DNA of 64,000 bases from Chiloscyllium plagiosum (lineage: Eukaryota): positions 43,678,623 to 43,742,622 of the forward strand of contig NC_057731.1 in the NCBI RefSeq assembly GCF_004010195.1. The letters are read 5' to 3'. Shown here in pieces: positions 24,201-34,400 of this stretch. Position numbers and translations under genes: made by a program. Numbering within the stretch: position 1 is the stretch's first letter; the number at the start of each line of letters is the position of its first letter. Under the pieces are notes generated by a model. It was given only the letters and a program-made list of their open reading frames with translations. It was not told the DNA's origin and did no database searches.

Positions 24201-26343
24201 AGCCTCGGGCAACTCTCTGTGTGGAGTTTGCACATTCTCCCGGTGTCTGTGTGAGTTTCCTCCGGGTGCTCTGGTTTCCTCCCACAGTCCAAAAATGTGC
24301 AAGTTTGGGGAATTGACCCTGCTAAATTGCCCATAATGTTCAGGGATGCTTAGGTTAGGTGCATTAGTCAGGAGTAAATGTAGAGAAGTGGGTTTGGGTG
24401 GGATACTCTTCGGAGGATCGGTGTGGACTTGTTGGGCCTGTTTCCACACTGCAGGGATTCTTTGAACATTCCAGGTAGTTGGCTTAGTAACAAAAACACA
24501 TTTGGCAAACTATGATGTATTGAAAAATGGGGGCTGGGTCGCCGATTACAGTGGGCAGCTTGGGATGGGTATGGGGGAGGGGAGGGGAGCTGTGCAACGG
24601 CTGTATTTTACATGCAATGTACTCTTCGTTCAAACACACCTAGCCTATGTTGGGAGGGAGCTTGTATCAAGCCTATGCACATTCCTTTATCAAAGTATCC
24701 TTTGTTAATATATTTGTCTTTTTATTAAGTAATAAAGTACCTCATTATAATTCTTGGTGAGGGGATATTCAGTGCATTGGGTCAAACTCTACTTTCGATG
24801 CTCTGCTTTGGGAGCTGCTTCCTGTAGTGACCCAGTTGAAGGATAGGATGCTCCCCACCTAACCCCCTCCCCACCTCCCTCCACCTCCCCCCTCCACCTC
24901 CCCCCCCAACCCCCACCCATCCCATCCCCCACCCCCGATCAGTAACAGGGACACTGAGCAGGAAATGCAGCAGGAGTTTGAGTCAGGGACATTTTACTTT
25001 ATTCCAGAACGAAACTCCATCCAGGCAAAACATATTGGGCGCTCATTGATGCAGAACATGATGTGGGTGATGTTACCAAAGTGAAGTTTCTGTGGAACAA
25101 CAATGTGATCAACATCTTCCAACCCAAGCTCGGAGCTGAGAGCATCACCTTAGTGCGAGCGAAGGACCACACCAGGTCAGTCAGTGCCCAACAATGGATT
25201 CACAGGTGAAGACAGCGAGTGGTAGAATTCACCCAGTAATGACAAGGAGGCTTCTTTATGGGGCAAAAGTGAGGACTGCAGATGCTGGAAACCAGAGTTT
25301 AGATCAGAGTGGTGCTGGAAAAGCACAGCAGGTCAGGCAGCATCTGAAGAGAAGGAAAGAGCAGGCTTCTTTATGGGGGCAAGTGGGGCTTCACTAAGCT
25401 TAGTGACTCCTTTTATAAAATATGCCAGATTCCAAACCACAAACCAATGAAATCCATAATCTTTGCTGACAGAACAGTCAAAGTACACACTGTCAGAGGG
25501 TCAGTACTGAGGAAGTGCCGCACTGTCGGAGGGTCAGTACTGAGGAAGTGCTGCACTGTCAGAGGGTCAGTACTGAGGGAGTGCTGCACTGTCAGAGGGT
25601 CATTACTGAGGCAGTGCCGCACTGTCAGAGGGTCAGTACTGAGGCAGTGCCGCATTGTCAGAGGGTCAGTGCTGAGGGAGTTCTGCATTGTCAGAGGGTC
25701 AGTACTGGGGAAGTGCCGCACTGTCAGGGGGTCAGTACTGAGGGAGTGCCGCACTTTCAGAGGGTCAGTACTGAGGGAGTGCCGCACTGTCAGAGGGTCA
25801 GTACTGAGGGAGTGCCGCACTTTCAGAGGTCAGTACTAAGGGCGTGCCGCACTGTCAGAGGGTCAGTACTGAGGGAATACTGCACAATTGAAGGGTCAGT
25901 ACTGAAAGAATGCTGCACTGTTGAAGGCACAGTATTGAGGGAGTCCTGCACTATCAAAGGGTCAGTACTGAGGGAGCATTGCACTATCAGAGGGTCAATG
26001 TTGAGGGAATTTTGCACTGTTGGTGAATTTTGATGGTCATGCTTATAAGAGGGTATTAGGGAGCATATTTGGATAGAGTTTAGATACTGATTAAACAATA
26101 TTTAATTGACCAATAGAATAACATCGAGAGGCGCAATGTTCTTGGGTTCCTAATTGTAAAGTGGAAGGCAGGGATAAAATGGGATGAATGAAATGCTAAC
26201 GTAACTTTCCCAAATTTGATTTTCACAGTCTTATACAAACTTTGTAATGCCTGTTCCTTATTTTTCCTGATAGTTTCCGTTTTTGTGGGAATGAGATGGT
26301 TAAAGAGGAGACTCTGCAAACTCTCACTCCCTGCACCTCGTAG
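6185..26343 (+). CDS. Pancreatic triacylglycerol lipase family gene (PNLIP/PNLIPRP-like), 12 coding exons, 470 aa
   Basis: Exons 6185-6233, 7542-7696, 11200-11325, 12608-12742, 13478-13586, 14125-14244, 16005-16124, 18331-18449, 21078-21207, 22432-22543, 25008-25175, 26274-26343. All junctions are GT-AG with consistent phase (1413 nt). Encodes a signal peptide, GHSLG, GLDP, CNH triad, lid and PLAT domain. The exact paralogue cannot be assigned by eye. Confidence 0.95.
6487..6793 (+). mobile_element. HE1-type tRNA-derived V-SINE with a duplicated 18-bp head
   Basis: A/B-box-like head, V-domain TGTGTGGAGTTTGCAC...GGTTTCCTCCC, (TCTAA)n tail; GGGGGCGGCACGGTGGCA occurs twice at 6487-6522. Confidence 0.85.
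6858..7170 (+). repeat. Degenerate dispersed satellite (AGAGTAAAGCTCCCTCTACACTGTCCCCATCAAACACTCCCAGGACAGG type)
   Basis: Several diverged units; the same family occurs at 19610-20230 (-) and about 27385-27485. Confidence 0.6.
7542..7696 (+). CDS. Lipase coding exon 2 ([12 protein letters not shown]...[24 protein letters not shown])
   Basis: Typical pancreatic lipase N-terminus; gaag| and |GTAGGG junctions. Confidence 0.93.
7770..8140 (+). mobile_element. HER1/CR1 LINE 3' fragment
   Basis: ACTAGAGGGCATAGGTTTAAGGTGAGAGG...CTCTGTGACT, shared with many copies in the window. Confidence 0.7.
8570..10775 (+). mobile_element. Nested repeat stack: a LINE fragment (8570-8765, resuming about 10320) interrupted by a short PLE-derived element, an antisense CR1 (about 8875-9350) and a Penelope 3' fragment
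   Basis: The outer LINE sequence is colinear across the insertions and matches the family at 63680-64000. Confidence 0.55.
9456..10123 (+). mobile_element. Penelope-like element 3' fragment with a GIY-YIG endonuclease remnant
   Basis: Translates to [19 protein letters not shown] and [13 protein letters not shown]; ends in a terminal repeat with a mutated hammerhead core (9992-10025); contains an assembly gap at 9809-9830. Confidence 0.8.
11200..11325 (+). CDS. Lipase coding exon 3 ([15 protein letters not shown]...[20 protein letters not shown])
   Basis: HG[F/Y] beta5-loop motif; tttag| and |GTGAGA junctions. Confidence 0.93.
11316..11725 (+). repeat. Degenerate ~24-bp minisatellite (TGTGCAAGGTGTGAGCTGGGGAAG) beginning at the exon 3 donor
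   Basis: Repeated units are visible directly. Confidence 0.7.
11917..12290 (+). mobile_element. HER1/CR1 LINE 3' fragment
   Basis: Very similar to 54890-55243; tail CTATGACTCT. Confidence 0.8.
12608..12742 (+). CDS. Lipase coding exon 4 ([19 protein letters not shown]...[17 protein letters not shown])
   Basis: VNCICVDW motif; taag| and |GTGAGT junctions. Confidence 0.95.
13478..13586 (+). CDS. Lipase coding exon 5 with the catalytic Ser (GHSLG, Ser codon 13523-13525)
   Basis: [26 protein letters not shown]; cag| and |GTAATT junctions. Confidence 0.96.
14125..14244 (+). CDS. Lipase coding exon 6 with the catalytic Asp ([32 protein letters not shown])
   Basis: Family motifs; cag| and |GTAAGT junctions. 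Confidence 0.96.
14476..14607 (-). mobile_element. Short PLE-derived element with an intact hammerhead core (14571-14606)
   Basis: On -: ATTC-CTGAGGA-A-GGGC-TTAT-GCCC-GAAAC-GTC-GATT; flanked by an ATGGGATACT duplication. Confidence 0.6.
14955..15575 (-). mobile_element. Probable solo LTR
   Basis: TGTTA...TGACA termini, about 620 bp, TATA-like and AATAAA motifs on -, imperfect 4-bp flank duplication (TGGC/AGGC). Confidence 0.5.
16005..16124 (+). CDS. Lipase coding exon 7 ([40 protein letters not shown])
   Basis: GHxDFYPNGG motif and start of the lid; cag| and |GTAAGT junctions. Confidence 0.96.
16262..16965 (-). mobile_element. HER1/CR1 LINE 3' fragment with a nested short PLE-derived element (16830-16945)
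   Basis: The ORF at 16611-16823 resembles a CR1 ORF2 C-terminus ([24 protein letters not shown]); the nested element has a TATTCCAAAAGTGG duplication at 16816-16829 and 16946-16959. Confidence 0.8.
18331..18449 (+). CDS. Lipase coding exon 8 with the catalytic His ([21 protein letters not shown]...[11 protein letters not shown])
   Basis: CNH motif (His codon 18357-18359); ttcag| and |GTAAGT junctions. Confidence 0.95.
18700..19610 (+). mobile_element. CR1-clade LINE 3' fragment with a nested PLE-derived piece (about 19045-19160)
   Basis: Degenerate LVRPHLEY-type ORF2 coding and a CR1 3' end. Confidence 0.65.
19610..20230 (-). repeat. Dispersed satellite array (same family as 6858-7170)
   Basis: Repeated CTGGGAGTGTTTGATGGGGACAGTGTAGAGGGAGCTTTACTCTGTATCTAAC units. 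Confidence 0.7.
21078..21207 (+). CDS. Lipase coding exon 9 ([16 protein letters not shown]...[13 protein letters not shown])
   Basis: CFxCPxxGCPxMG motif; cag| and |GTGAGC junctions. Confidence 0.95.
21340..21725. repeat. C-rich degenerate tandem repeat (CCCTCACTCCCTCAGCCCTCACACTAC)
   Basis: Visible periodicity. Confidence 0.7.
21761..22069 (-). mobile_element. HE1-type SINE
   Basis: Reverse complement of the 6487-6793 family with a (TTAGA)n tail. Confidence 0.85.
22432..22543 (+). CDS. Lipase coding exon 10 ([37 protein letters not shown]), start of the PLAT domain
   Basis: WRYxVSVTLSG motif; cag| and |GTAAGT junctions. Confidence 0.95.
22850..23660 (-). mobile_element. CR1-clade LINE fragment
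   Basis: The ORF at 23308-23493 contains [28 protein letters not shown]. Confidence 0.8.
23662..23919 (-). mobile_element. HE1-type SINE (internally deleted)
   Basis: Head and tail match the family. Confidence 0.75.
24131..24461 (+). mobile_element. HE1-type SINE
   Basis: Head, V-domain and tail match the family. Confidence 0.8.
25008..25175 (+). CDS. Lipase coding exon 11 ([55 protein letters not shown])
   Basis: [15 protein letters not shown] motif; cag| and |GTCAGT junctions. Confidence 0.95.
25488..26022 (+). repeat. 33-bp minisatellite (CACTGTCAGAGGGTCAGTACTGAGGGAGTGCCG), about 16 copies
   Basis: Direct tandem units without spacers. Confidence 0.95.
26274..26343 (+). CDS. Lipase terminal coding exon ([23 protein letters not shown])
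   Basis: FxFC...V.E..LQTL.PC C-terminal motif; tag| acceptor; TAG stop at 26341-26343. Confidence 0.93.
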
Positions 26344-26702
26344 AAAAACAATCTGTGCTGATTGAACTACACACCAAATCTGTCTGTGAGAGAAACAGAG
26401 ACAACTCTTCCATTCCCAATTCTGTCCTGAATGTTTCTGTGAATTGTCCTGGGAAATTTGGAATCGAAGAGAAGGGGAAATAACACAAATCAAGGTCACA
26501 GAGAATTGAATGGTAAAGGAATATTTCAAAATCCTCGACAAACTGTACATCGGAAAATCCGATGAGGTCAGATCATTCCTGTCAAAGCATCGTTCCAGTT
26601 TGATTTCATATTCCTGCACACACAGCTGGAGTGGATTCCTCCAACAGAAACAGATTTCAATCATCATTGATTAGATTCACTTGGATCCAGCCTTCTGTAT
26701 CA

Positions 26703-26708
26703 ATTAAA
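26703..26708 (+). terminator. Candidate lipase polyadenylation signal ATTAAA
   Basis: First canonical-type hexamer seen after the stop, about 360 nt downstream. Confidence 0.35.
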
Positions 26709-26809
26709 TTTTAAAAAAAGGCAACTTGCTCGTTGACTAATTTAATCTTTCTACAGAAATTCAAAAGGCAGCGAATGAACAGATAACACAGAACTACAGG
26801 AGCACTGGC

Positions 26810-27250
26810 CAATTGTCCAGTGGGAATGAATGGGAAAGGATCTGTCTCCAATGGGATTGTGCACAGTGGGAATAAATGGGAATGGGCTTGTATCTATTGG
26901 GATTGTGTACAGTGGGAATGAACAGGAATGGGCTCGTGTCCATTGGGATTGTGTACAGTGGGAATGAACAGGAATGGGCTCGTGTCCATTTGGATTGTGT
27001 ACAGTGGGAATAAACAGGAATGGACTTGTGTCCATTGGGATTGTGTACAGTGGGAATAAACAGGAATGGACTTGTGTCCATTGGGATTGTGTACAGTGGA
27101 AATGAATAGGAATGGTTTGTGTCCATTGGGATTGCGTACAGTGGGAATGAAGGGATTGGGATTTGTGTCCATTGGGATTGTTACTGCACGAGTGAAGGAA
27201 ATGGGTTTTGTCCATGGGGGTTTTACTACTGGTGAAATGGAGTTCAATTC
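26810..27250 (+). repeat. 46-bp minisatellite (CATTGGGATTGTGTACAGTGGGAATGAACAGGAATGGGCTCGTGTC), about 9 copies
   Basis: Unit starts at 26941, 26987 and 27033 give a period of 46. Confidence 0.9.
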
Positions 27251-28479
27251 TGTGTAATGGGAGTTGGCAGTTGTACTTGGAATTCACAACTGGTGCTGAT
27301 GAAAATAGACTTTTCAAAGTGAGCTTTGAAGCGTGATAGAATACCACATGTTCAATACAGCATGATGAAACCACAGTCCACCAAACACTGTCAGGGCAGA
27401 TATGGCATGGGGTTAGATACAGAGTAAAGCTCCCTCAACTCTTTTAAATTGAAAGTAAAGCTCTTGCTACACTTCCATTAAACATGTAAACATTTAGGGC
27501 AGGAAGCGTTAACTGTGATCATGCTGGACAAAGGCTGAGACTGACATATCAGGATAATGAGCTGTTTTTGAGGAGATTCTCAGTGTGAGATTTACGATAG
27601 TCAAGAGTGAGAACATGTTGAAATGCGAATGAATATAGTTTTAATGCTCTGTTTATTTTTGAAAATGACTATTTTGAAAGTTAATGAAATCTGTAACTGA
27701 TACAGTGGATCTGTCAACATGTGGCCGCTATGGAGTGTGAAAAAATGAGTGAATGAGGGAATGGCAGAGGGAGAAGTTGAGAGCATCTAGAAATGTACGA
27801 GCTTGCGAGACAGAAAGGGGCAACTGTTGGGAAGAGAATAAACAAGGACAAAGTAGACAGAGAGAAGAGAGAGTGAGGGAGAAAGAGATAGAAAGAAAGC
27901 CAGAGAGACAGGCAAATAGACAAGAAGACATAAGGTTAGGACCTTCTACAGGCCCATCACAGGAAGCAAGGCAGGAGTTGAGCCCATTTGCCTGGCAGTG
28001 GGAGAGGGGCATGATGTTCCAGAGGAAATCAATGCGTTTTCCTCCCCCAGGGCAGTTATCAAAAATGAGCAGGACAAGAGCTGGCGAGCGAATCAGAGGG
28101 AGAAGCCACAAGAGGGTGGGGTCTTGGGGGAGGATGCATGATGCTGTTGATGCCCCTCAGGCAGTTTTGTTCAGGGATATCTGGGTTAATTAGATACGCG
28201 ATCGGTGGGAATGGTACTGGTTATGGAATGTAGGGAGCTCAATTGCTGCAGGAATGGACATTGCCACTGATGTCACCATCAATGCCCACCTGACTGGGCT
28301 GTGGAGGTTTACCACTGGGGACCACTAGGAGGCTGCCCAGGAAGGCTGGGTTGGGGTTGGGGGCAGCAAAGGTGGGAGATGGTGGCAGTGAAGGTGGGAA
28401 GTGGGTTTAGGGACAGTGGGGATGATAATGTCAGAGTGGGATTGGAGGGGCTGATGGTGTTGGAGGTCATTCTCTGCAC

Positions 28480-28945
28480 TCACCTTCCCCTCCCCTTACC
28501 CTCCCCTCACCCTCCCCTTATTCTCCCCTTACCATTCCCTCGCCCATCCCTCACCTTCCCTTTACCTTCCCCTCACCCTCCCCTCACACTCCCCTCACAC
28601 TCCCCTCGCTCTCCCCTCACCCTCCCCTCACACTCTCCTCACACTCCCCTCGCCCTTCCCTCGCCCTCCCCTCACCCTCTCCTCGCCCTCCCCTTGCNNN
28701 NNNNNNNNNNNNNNNNNNNNNNNNNNNNNNNNNNNNNNNNNNNNNNNNNNNNNNNNNNNNNNNNNNNNNNNNNNNNNNNNNNNNNNNNNNNNNNNNNNNN
28801 NNNNNNNNNNNNNNNNNNNNNNNNNNNNNNNNNNNNNNNNNNNNNNNNNNNNNNNNNCCTCCCCTCCCCCTCACCCTCCCCTCGCCCTTGCCCTCCCCTG
28901 CACTCCCCTTGCCTTTCTCTCTCCTCACCCTCCCCTCCCCACACT
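28480..28945. repeat. C/T-rich low-complexity tract spanning the assembly gap 28698-28857
   Basis: CCCTC repeats and an N run. Confidence 0.8.
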
Positions 28946-30227
28946 CAGCATTGTCCAACACCCAAGGGAGTGAAAGATAAAGTGAATGCGACACAAAGAG
29001 GAGAGAGAAATAGATGACAGAAAGACAGAAATAGAGGAGTGTGAAAAACATGAGTCACATCCCACCTACCCTGGAGTATCTCGGTGAAACCCATGTTAGA
29101 CATATCCAATGGGCAAGTTTGGACACTCATATTCCCCAGGATCATCGACCCTCAAACCCTGATTTTCGACAGGCACTGTGAGTTTGATGAATGTGTGGCT
29201 GGTCTTTCTGAATGGGGTTACCTGATACAGGATTTTCTATAAATACCTCTGCCTCAGACTGGCTGTCTCCCAGAATGAACTGACCTTTTAAAAGCTTTTT
29301 AAGTAACAGGCCCGCTCTATGTAGTATCCTTCAGCAGTTATTTTAAGGTGTGTAGTGGTGAGTGAGGGTGCAGAAGTTTAATCTATTCTCTCTGCCATTT
29401 AGACAAAAATTAATTATTAATAAGGAGCCAATCAGCCTCTGAGAGAGAGAGGGAGCGATGATGCTGGGGGAATTAAATCTTGCGTGGCTTTGAATTTTCT
29501 GTTTCCTTCCCTCCTTAAGGCTCTGACGTGGCTCGGTGTGAGTCCCCGACCCTTCCAGCAGTTAATCTGCTTCCATTGTCCCTCACTTTGTATTTGTGAG
29601 GAAGTGTGTTGATTCAGGGATGAGGGGCTCGGAGAAGCTGGAATTGTTCTCCTTAGAAGGAGGGTATTGAACTGAGGAATTAAAATTAAAGGACAGTGTT
29701 TTAACAGAGTAAATAATGCAAAACTGTTTCCAGCAGAAAGACGGTCAGTAATGAGAGGGACGCAAATTGAAGAGAATCTGCCAATTGACCAGAGGGAGAG
29801 AATGAAAGAATGTTTACTGACAGCACAGGAATGCATTGCCTGGAAGGACAATGGAGACAGATTGATTGGTGACTTTCAAAAAAGAATTGAATAAACATTC
29901 AGAATCATAGAATAGTTACAGCAGGGCCCTCCCAACTATGGATGAGTACCCTGAGCGGGTTGGAGTGCTGAACCTTTTGGATTGTGGGTTCTGAGACAGC
30001 AATTGCACATGTCGAATTCCCGCTGAGAGTTCAAAGCTGTGTTGGCCCTTTAAATTGTCTGTGTTTTTTATACGGTGTGTGTGTGGCTGAACACAGAGTG
30101 AAATAACTCAATAGAGGCCGGTATCCCATCACCAAGTCACTCTTTATTTACATGAGGAGAGCCTTTGGCACTAATCCAGCTCTCTCAAAGCCAGCTCTCA
30201 GAGTGAGCAGAGCCTCAAACACTCCTG

Positions 30228-30735
30228 ATTGTTTTTTCTTTTTATTTTCACCCACACTACAGCCTGACAGTGGTAATGCTTATTTTTCCCCATGTCGTGT
30301 GTGTGCACGTGTCGGACACAGTGAAAAACAACAAGTGTATAAATTTTTAATTGTATTTCCCCACCAGGAAGAAAGGAAACACCCGAGTGGGCAGTGACAA
30401 GCAGTGCCCTTCTCAAACAATAAAGGGGAGGCAAGGATGAAATTAAAATGGAGTCGGAGGAGGAAATAATACACTCCAGTCCTTGTGGTGCCCACCTTTC
30501 CCTGAAAACCTCAAGGGTGTTGGTAGACCCTGCGTGCTCCGTCTGCAGGGAAACGTGGTGTCTGACATAACCATGGAACAGGAGCAGGCAAGAGGCCCTA
30601 ATGACCCCCTCCACAGCCCACTGCCTGGACCCGTTTATGGCCAGTTTGACCAGGCCCAGGAGCAGACCCATGAGGAGGTCCTCTGACCTACCCTCCTTCC
30701 CCCCACATCCCCCACCACCCACCCCGCACCAGGTG
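30228..30735 (-). mobile_element. Tx1-clade non-LTR retrotransposon 3' fragment (copy A) in the 3' LTR
   Basis: ORF2 C-terminus (LLGLVKLAINGSRQ...FRERWAPQG), 3' stem-loop, A-rich tail, ACTCCTG duplication at 30221-30227 and 30736-30742. Confidence 0.8.
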
Positions 30736-31245
30736 ACTCCTGTCTATATCTGTCAGCCAGCACTCCCTAAATGGACCAGATTAACAGCCCCAATCAGAGA
30801 ACTCATATTGTATGAGGTCCATCTGGCTGACCTCATTACAATCTCTACATCCCTCCCCCTCTGAGTTCGAGGACAAAGGCTGGTTTTTTTGTAGCTCCTC
30901 CTGGGGTGATGTAGCACCAGGTCAGGTTCTTCGAACTCTGCCTCAGATATGGGTGGAATATACCACCCAGTAGCTCGTCTGTTGTGCTCAGAGCATCCTG
31001 GCAGAAAATAATTCTCTTCTTCAAGCAGCAAAGGCATCAAAGTGGCAACGTAGAGTCATAGAGCTGTACAGTTGGGAAATCGGCTGTGTCCATCTCAGAT
31101 CCCCAGGTATCTTCAACGTTGATGGAGAGGGAGAACTCACGGATTCCAGAATGAGTTGTGAAGCCTGTCGAGGAGCCGGGCAGGTTTTGCTCCCCGCACC
31201 GTTTGTGAGGTTACAGACTCTATACGGTCTGCATTCATATTCAGA

Positions 31246-31419
31246 ATTAGATTGGATTAGATTACTTACAGTGTGGAAACAGGCCCTTCGGCCCAACAAG
31301 TCCACACCGACCCTCCGAAGAGCAACCCACCCAGACCCATTCCCCTACATTTACCCCTTCACCTAACATTACGGACAATTTAGCATGGCCAATTCACCTA
31401 TCCTGCACATTTTTGGATC
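31246..31419 (-). mobile_element. HE1-type SINE 3' half nested in the Gypsy element
   Basis: (TTAGA)n tail and family match. Confidence 0.8.
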
Positions 31420-34400
31420 TTCGCACTTACTCGAACGTTATACATCACTGGATCTAACCTTGCCTTGACCATCCCTCTTACCAATGCAGGGTCATTCCAA
31501 TGTTTCCTACACCAAACTTTGTCCCCCGAAGTAAACTGTCTCTCTCGTATTGTGTATGGCATTGATGTTTCTGATGCTAATTCACTCTCTACCCCAGGCC
31601 TGGGAAGATCAGATTTAATTTGGTGTGGAGACTGCTCCCCATTAGCAACTCTGCAAGAGCTATCCCTCTGATCGAATGAGTGATGGTCCTACAATCCAAT
31701 AGGAATTAGGACAGTTTGGCTCCGGGTGAAGCTATAGGCTGTTTCTTTAAGCCTGCCTTCAAAGTTTGGACTGCTTTTGTTGCCAGACCATTGGATGATG
31801 GATGGTTTCGAGCTGTCCTTATTTTTTTTTGGTGTTTAGATTAGAGTGGTGCTGGAAAAGCACAGCAGGTCAGACAACATCTGAGGAGCAGGAAAATCGA
31901 CATTTTGGGCAAAAGCCCTTCATCAGGAATGGAGGCAGAGAGCCTCCAGGGTGGAGAGCTAAATGGGGCTATCCTTATATGTCAAGTGCCATTTAACTTT
32001 CAGAAATACTCTAAATCCCTGTTGGTAAACGATGGCTCATTATTTGTGATGAACATTTCCGGAGTCTGTGTGTTGAGAAGATGTGCACGATTTTTCTATC
32101 ATTGTCCCCATTTCATGAATCAACTCTAGGCACGACCAGCCACTTTGAATGGGTGTCCACAATGACTAAGAACATTGAGTCCATGAAAGGACCTGTATGG
32201 TTGGCGTGTAACTGAGTCCAGGGTTTACCTGGTCAATCCCATGAATGTGGGCAAGCTGCTGATGGAAAGTTTTGTCCTTGTTGGCACTCTGGGCACTGCC
32301 AAAGCAATGCAGTGACGTCAGCATCCAATCCTGGCCACCTGACATAACTTCTTGCCAATATCTTTGTTTTAAAAACCCCTGGGTGACCCTGGTGGAGTTT
32401 AGCCAGTATCTGGCAGCAACCTTTGCCTGGAAATATCACTCTTGCTCCCCAGAATAATATGCTGTTCTCTCCAGTGATCTGCTCTCTCCAGGTACAGAAA
32501 GGTTTCAGTTCTGGTTGTGACAGTCCTTCAGTTTCCCCCATCACCACCAGCTTTTTCAGTTTTGCCCAGACTGGATTTTCTGCATCCAAAGACTGATATT
32601 GTCAGTTGTCACTGAAAGTGTGTCTTGAAAATTTGAAACCAGAATAGAGGCGGTCCCACCAGTGGTGTATCTGCCAGCGGGAGGTGTCTTAATGTATTTG
32701 TTACACAGCCTCCCGGGCGGTTTTCCATCTTGTAATTATACACACTTAGTATTCGAGCTGAATCTGGCATTCCTGAAACAGCACTGCCTTGTCCTCTTTC
32801 AGTTGACCTAGCTGTGGTTTTTGGTTTGTTATTATTACAAATCTACATCCATAAAGGTTTTGGTGGAATTCCTGACTCCAAATATGACTGCCAAACCTTC
32901 CTTCTCCATCTGGGCTTATTTATGCTCCGCATTAGTCAAAATCCTGGATGCCTACACTATTGGATATTTCTCTCCATTGGGCCACTATGATCTAATACTA
33001 CCCTAATGCCGTACGGGGTGGTATTGCATGTCAATACCAGATCTCATTTGGGATCATAGTGTGTCAACACCTTAGAGGGTGATAGCTGTTTCGTCATTTC
33101 ACTGAAAGCTTTGGCTTGGCTATATGACCAGCTCCAAGGCTGACCCTTTTTAAGGACTGATACAAAGATGCCAGGATGGAGTCGAGGTTATGTATGAATT
33201 TTCTGTAATAATTTACCAGCCCAGAGAAAGACCTAAGGCCTCACTCTTTCTTTCAACACATGTAACCCAGTCTTGTAACTCTGTAGCCCAGTTAGATCAT
33301 TTTACTGCCTGAAACAAACATTTTTCCATCTAAGGCATACACGCGCCTGGGGGAAAGGACTATGTTCAAACTCTCTAAGTGCTCCTTATTGGTCTTCCCT
33401 GTTATTAGCACGTCATTTAGATAAATGGCAACCTCGGGTAGACTTTGTAAAATGTTTTCCATTGTCCATTGAAAAATTGCACGGGCTGATAGTACCTCAA
33501 ATAACAGTCTTATATATTGGTACAAACTTTTATGGGTATTAATTGTAGCATTACTGGTCGCATACTTCTGGGAATCTTCATCTAACTGCCATTATAAGTA
33601 TGCATGGCTCATGTCCAGCTTTGTGAAGGACAAATTGCTGCCAGTGTTGCATATAAATCCTTTATGTGTGGGATTGAGTATTTATCCAGCTGTAAAAGTG
33701 GTTCACTGTTTGTTTAAAATCCCCATAAAGGCAAACTGAGCCATCAGGCTTCACAATTGGTGTGACAGGTGCTGCCCATTCGATAAACTGGACTAGTTCG
33801 ATGATTCCTTCGCTTTCCAGCCACCTGATTTCTGCCTCTACCTTTTTCCCATAAGGCAAATGGCATTGCGCGGGCCTTGCAGAATCATGGAATTGCTTCC
33901 TGGTCAACATGCAGGGTGGCCATGGATTCTTTGATAGTTCCCTAGCCCTTTCTTAAAAGCGTCTGGGTATTTAATCAGGACTTCACTCAAGCAGCCATTT
34001 TCTAATTGCAAACTGTTGAGCCAAACCAGGTGCATCTTTCTCAACCAATTTCACTCCATCAAGCTCGGGCCTGTGCCTTTTCCTACATTCAGTGGGAACT
34101 GAACCAGCTGCTTCTCCTAAGAGATTGGAGTGAAAGTTATACCCATAATCTGTAAAAGTTCCCCAATATAGATTCTCAGTTTAGCCTAGATCTTGCACAA
34201 ACTTAAGGGGTTGGAGTCCAGAACGAAGTTTGTTAAAAACTGGTTCGCGATCACTGAAACAGTCGTGTCAGTATCGACCTCCGTTAGAACCAGGTGTCTC
34301 TTTAATCAGAGGTTAGTTTTGATTGGATGTTGCGAAGCAATTTAACTATTCCAAAACAGATGTAGATGGACATTGCAGGGTGTGCACTCTCCTGAATATA

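Noticed and set aside
25413-26098. Repetitive ORFs and a CRISPR-like appearance
   Set aside because: Contiguous 33-bp units with no unique spacers in a eukaryotic intron; the ORFs arise because the period is a multiple of three.
26751-27374. 207-aa and overlapping ORFs
   Set aside because: Translations of the 46-bp minisatellite.
29173-29242. Alternative terminal lipase exon (HCEFDECVAG...*)
   Set aside because: No similarity to the lipase C-terminus; 26274-26343 fits the family motif.
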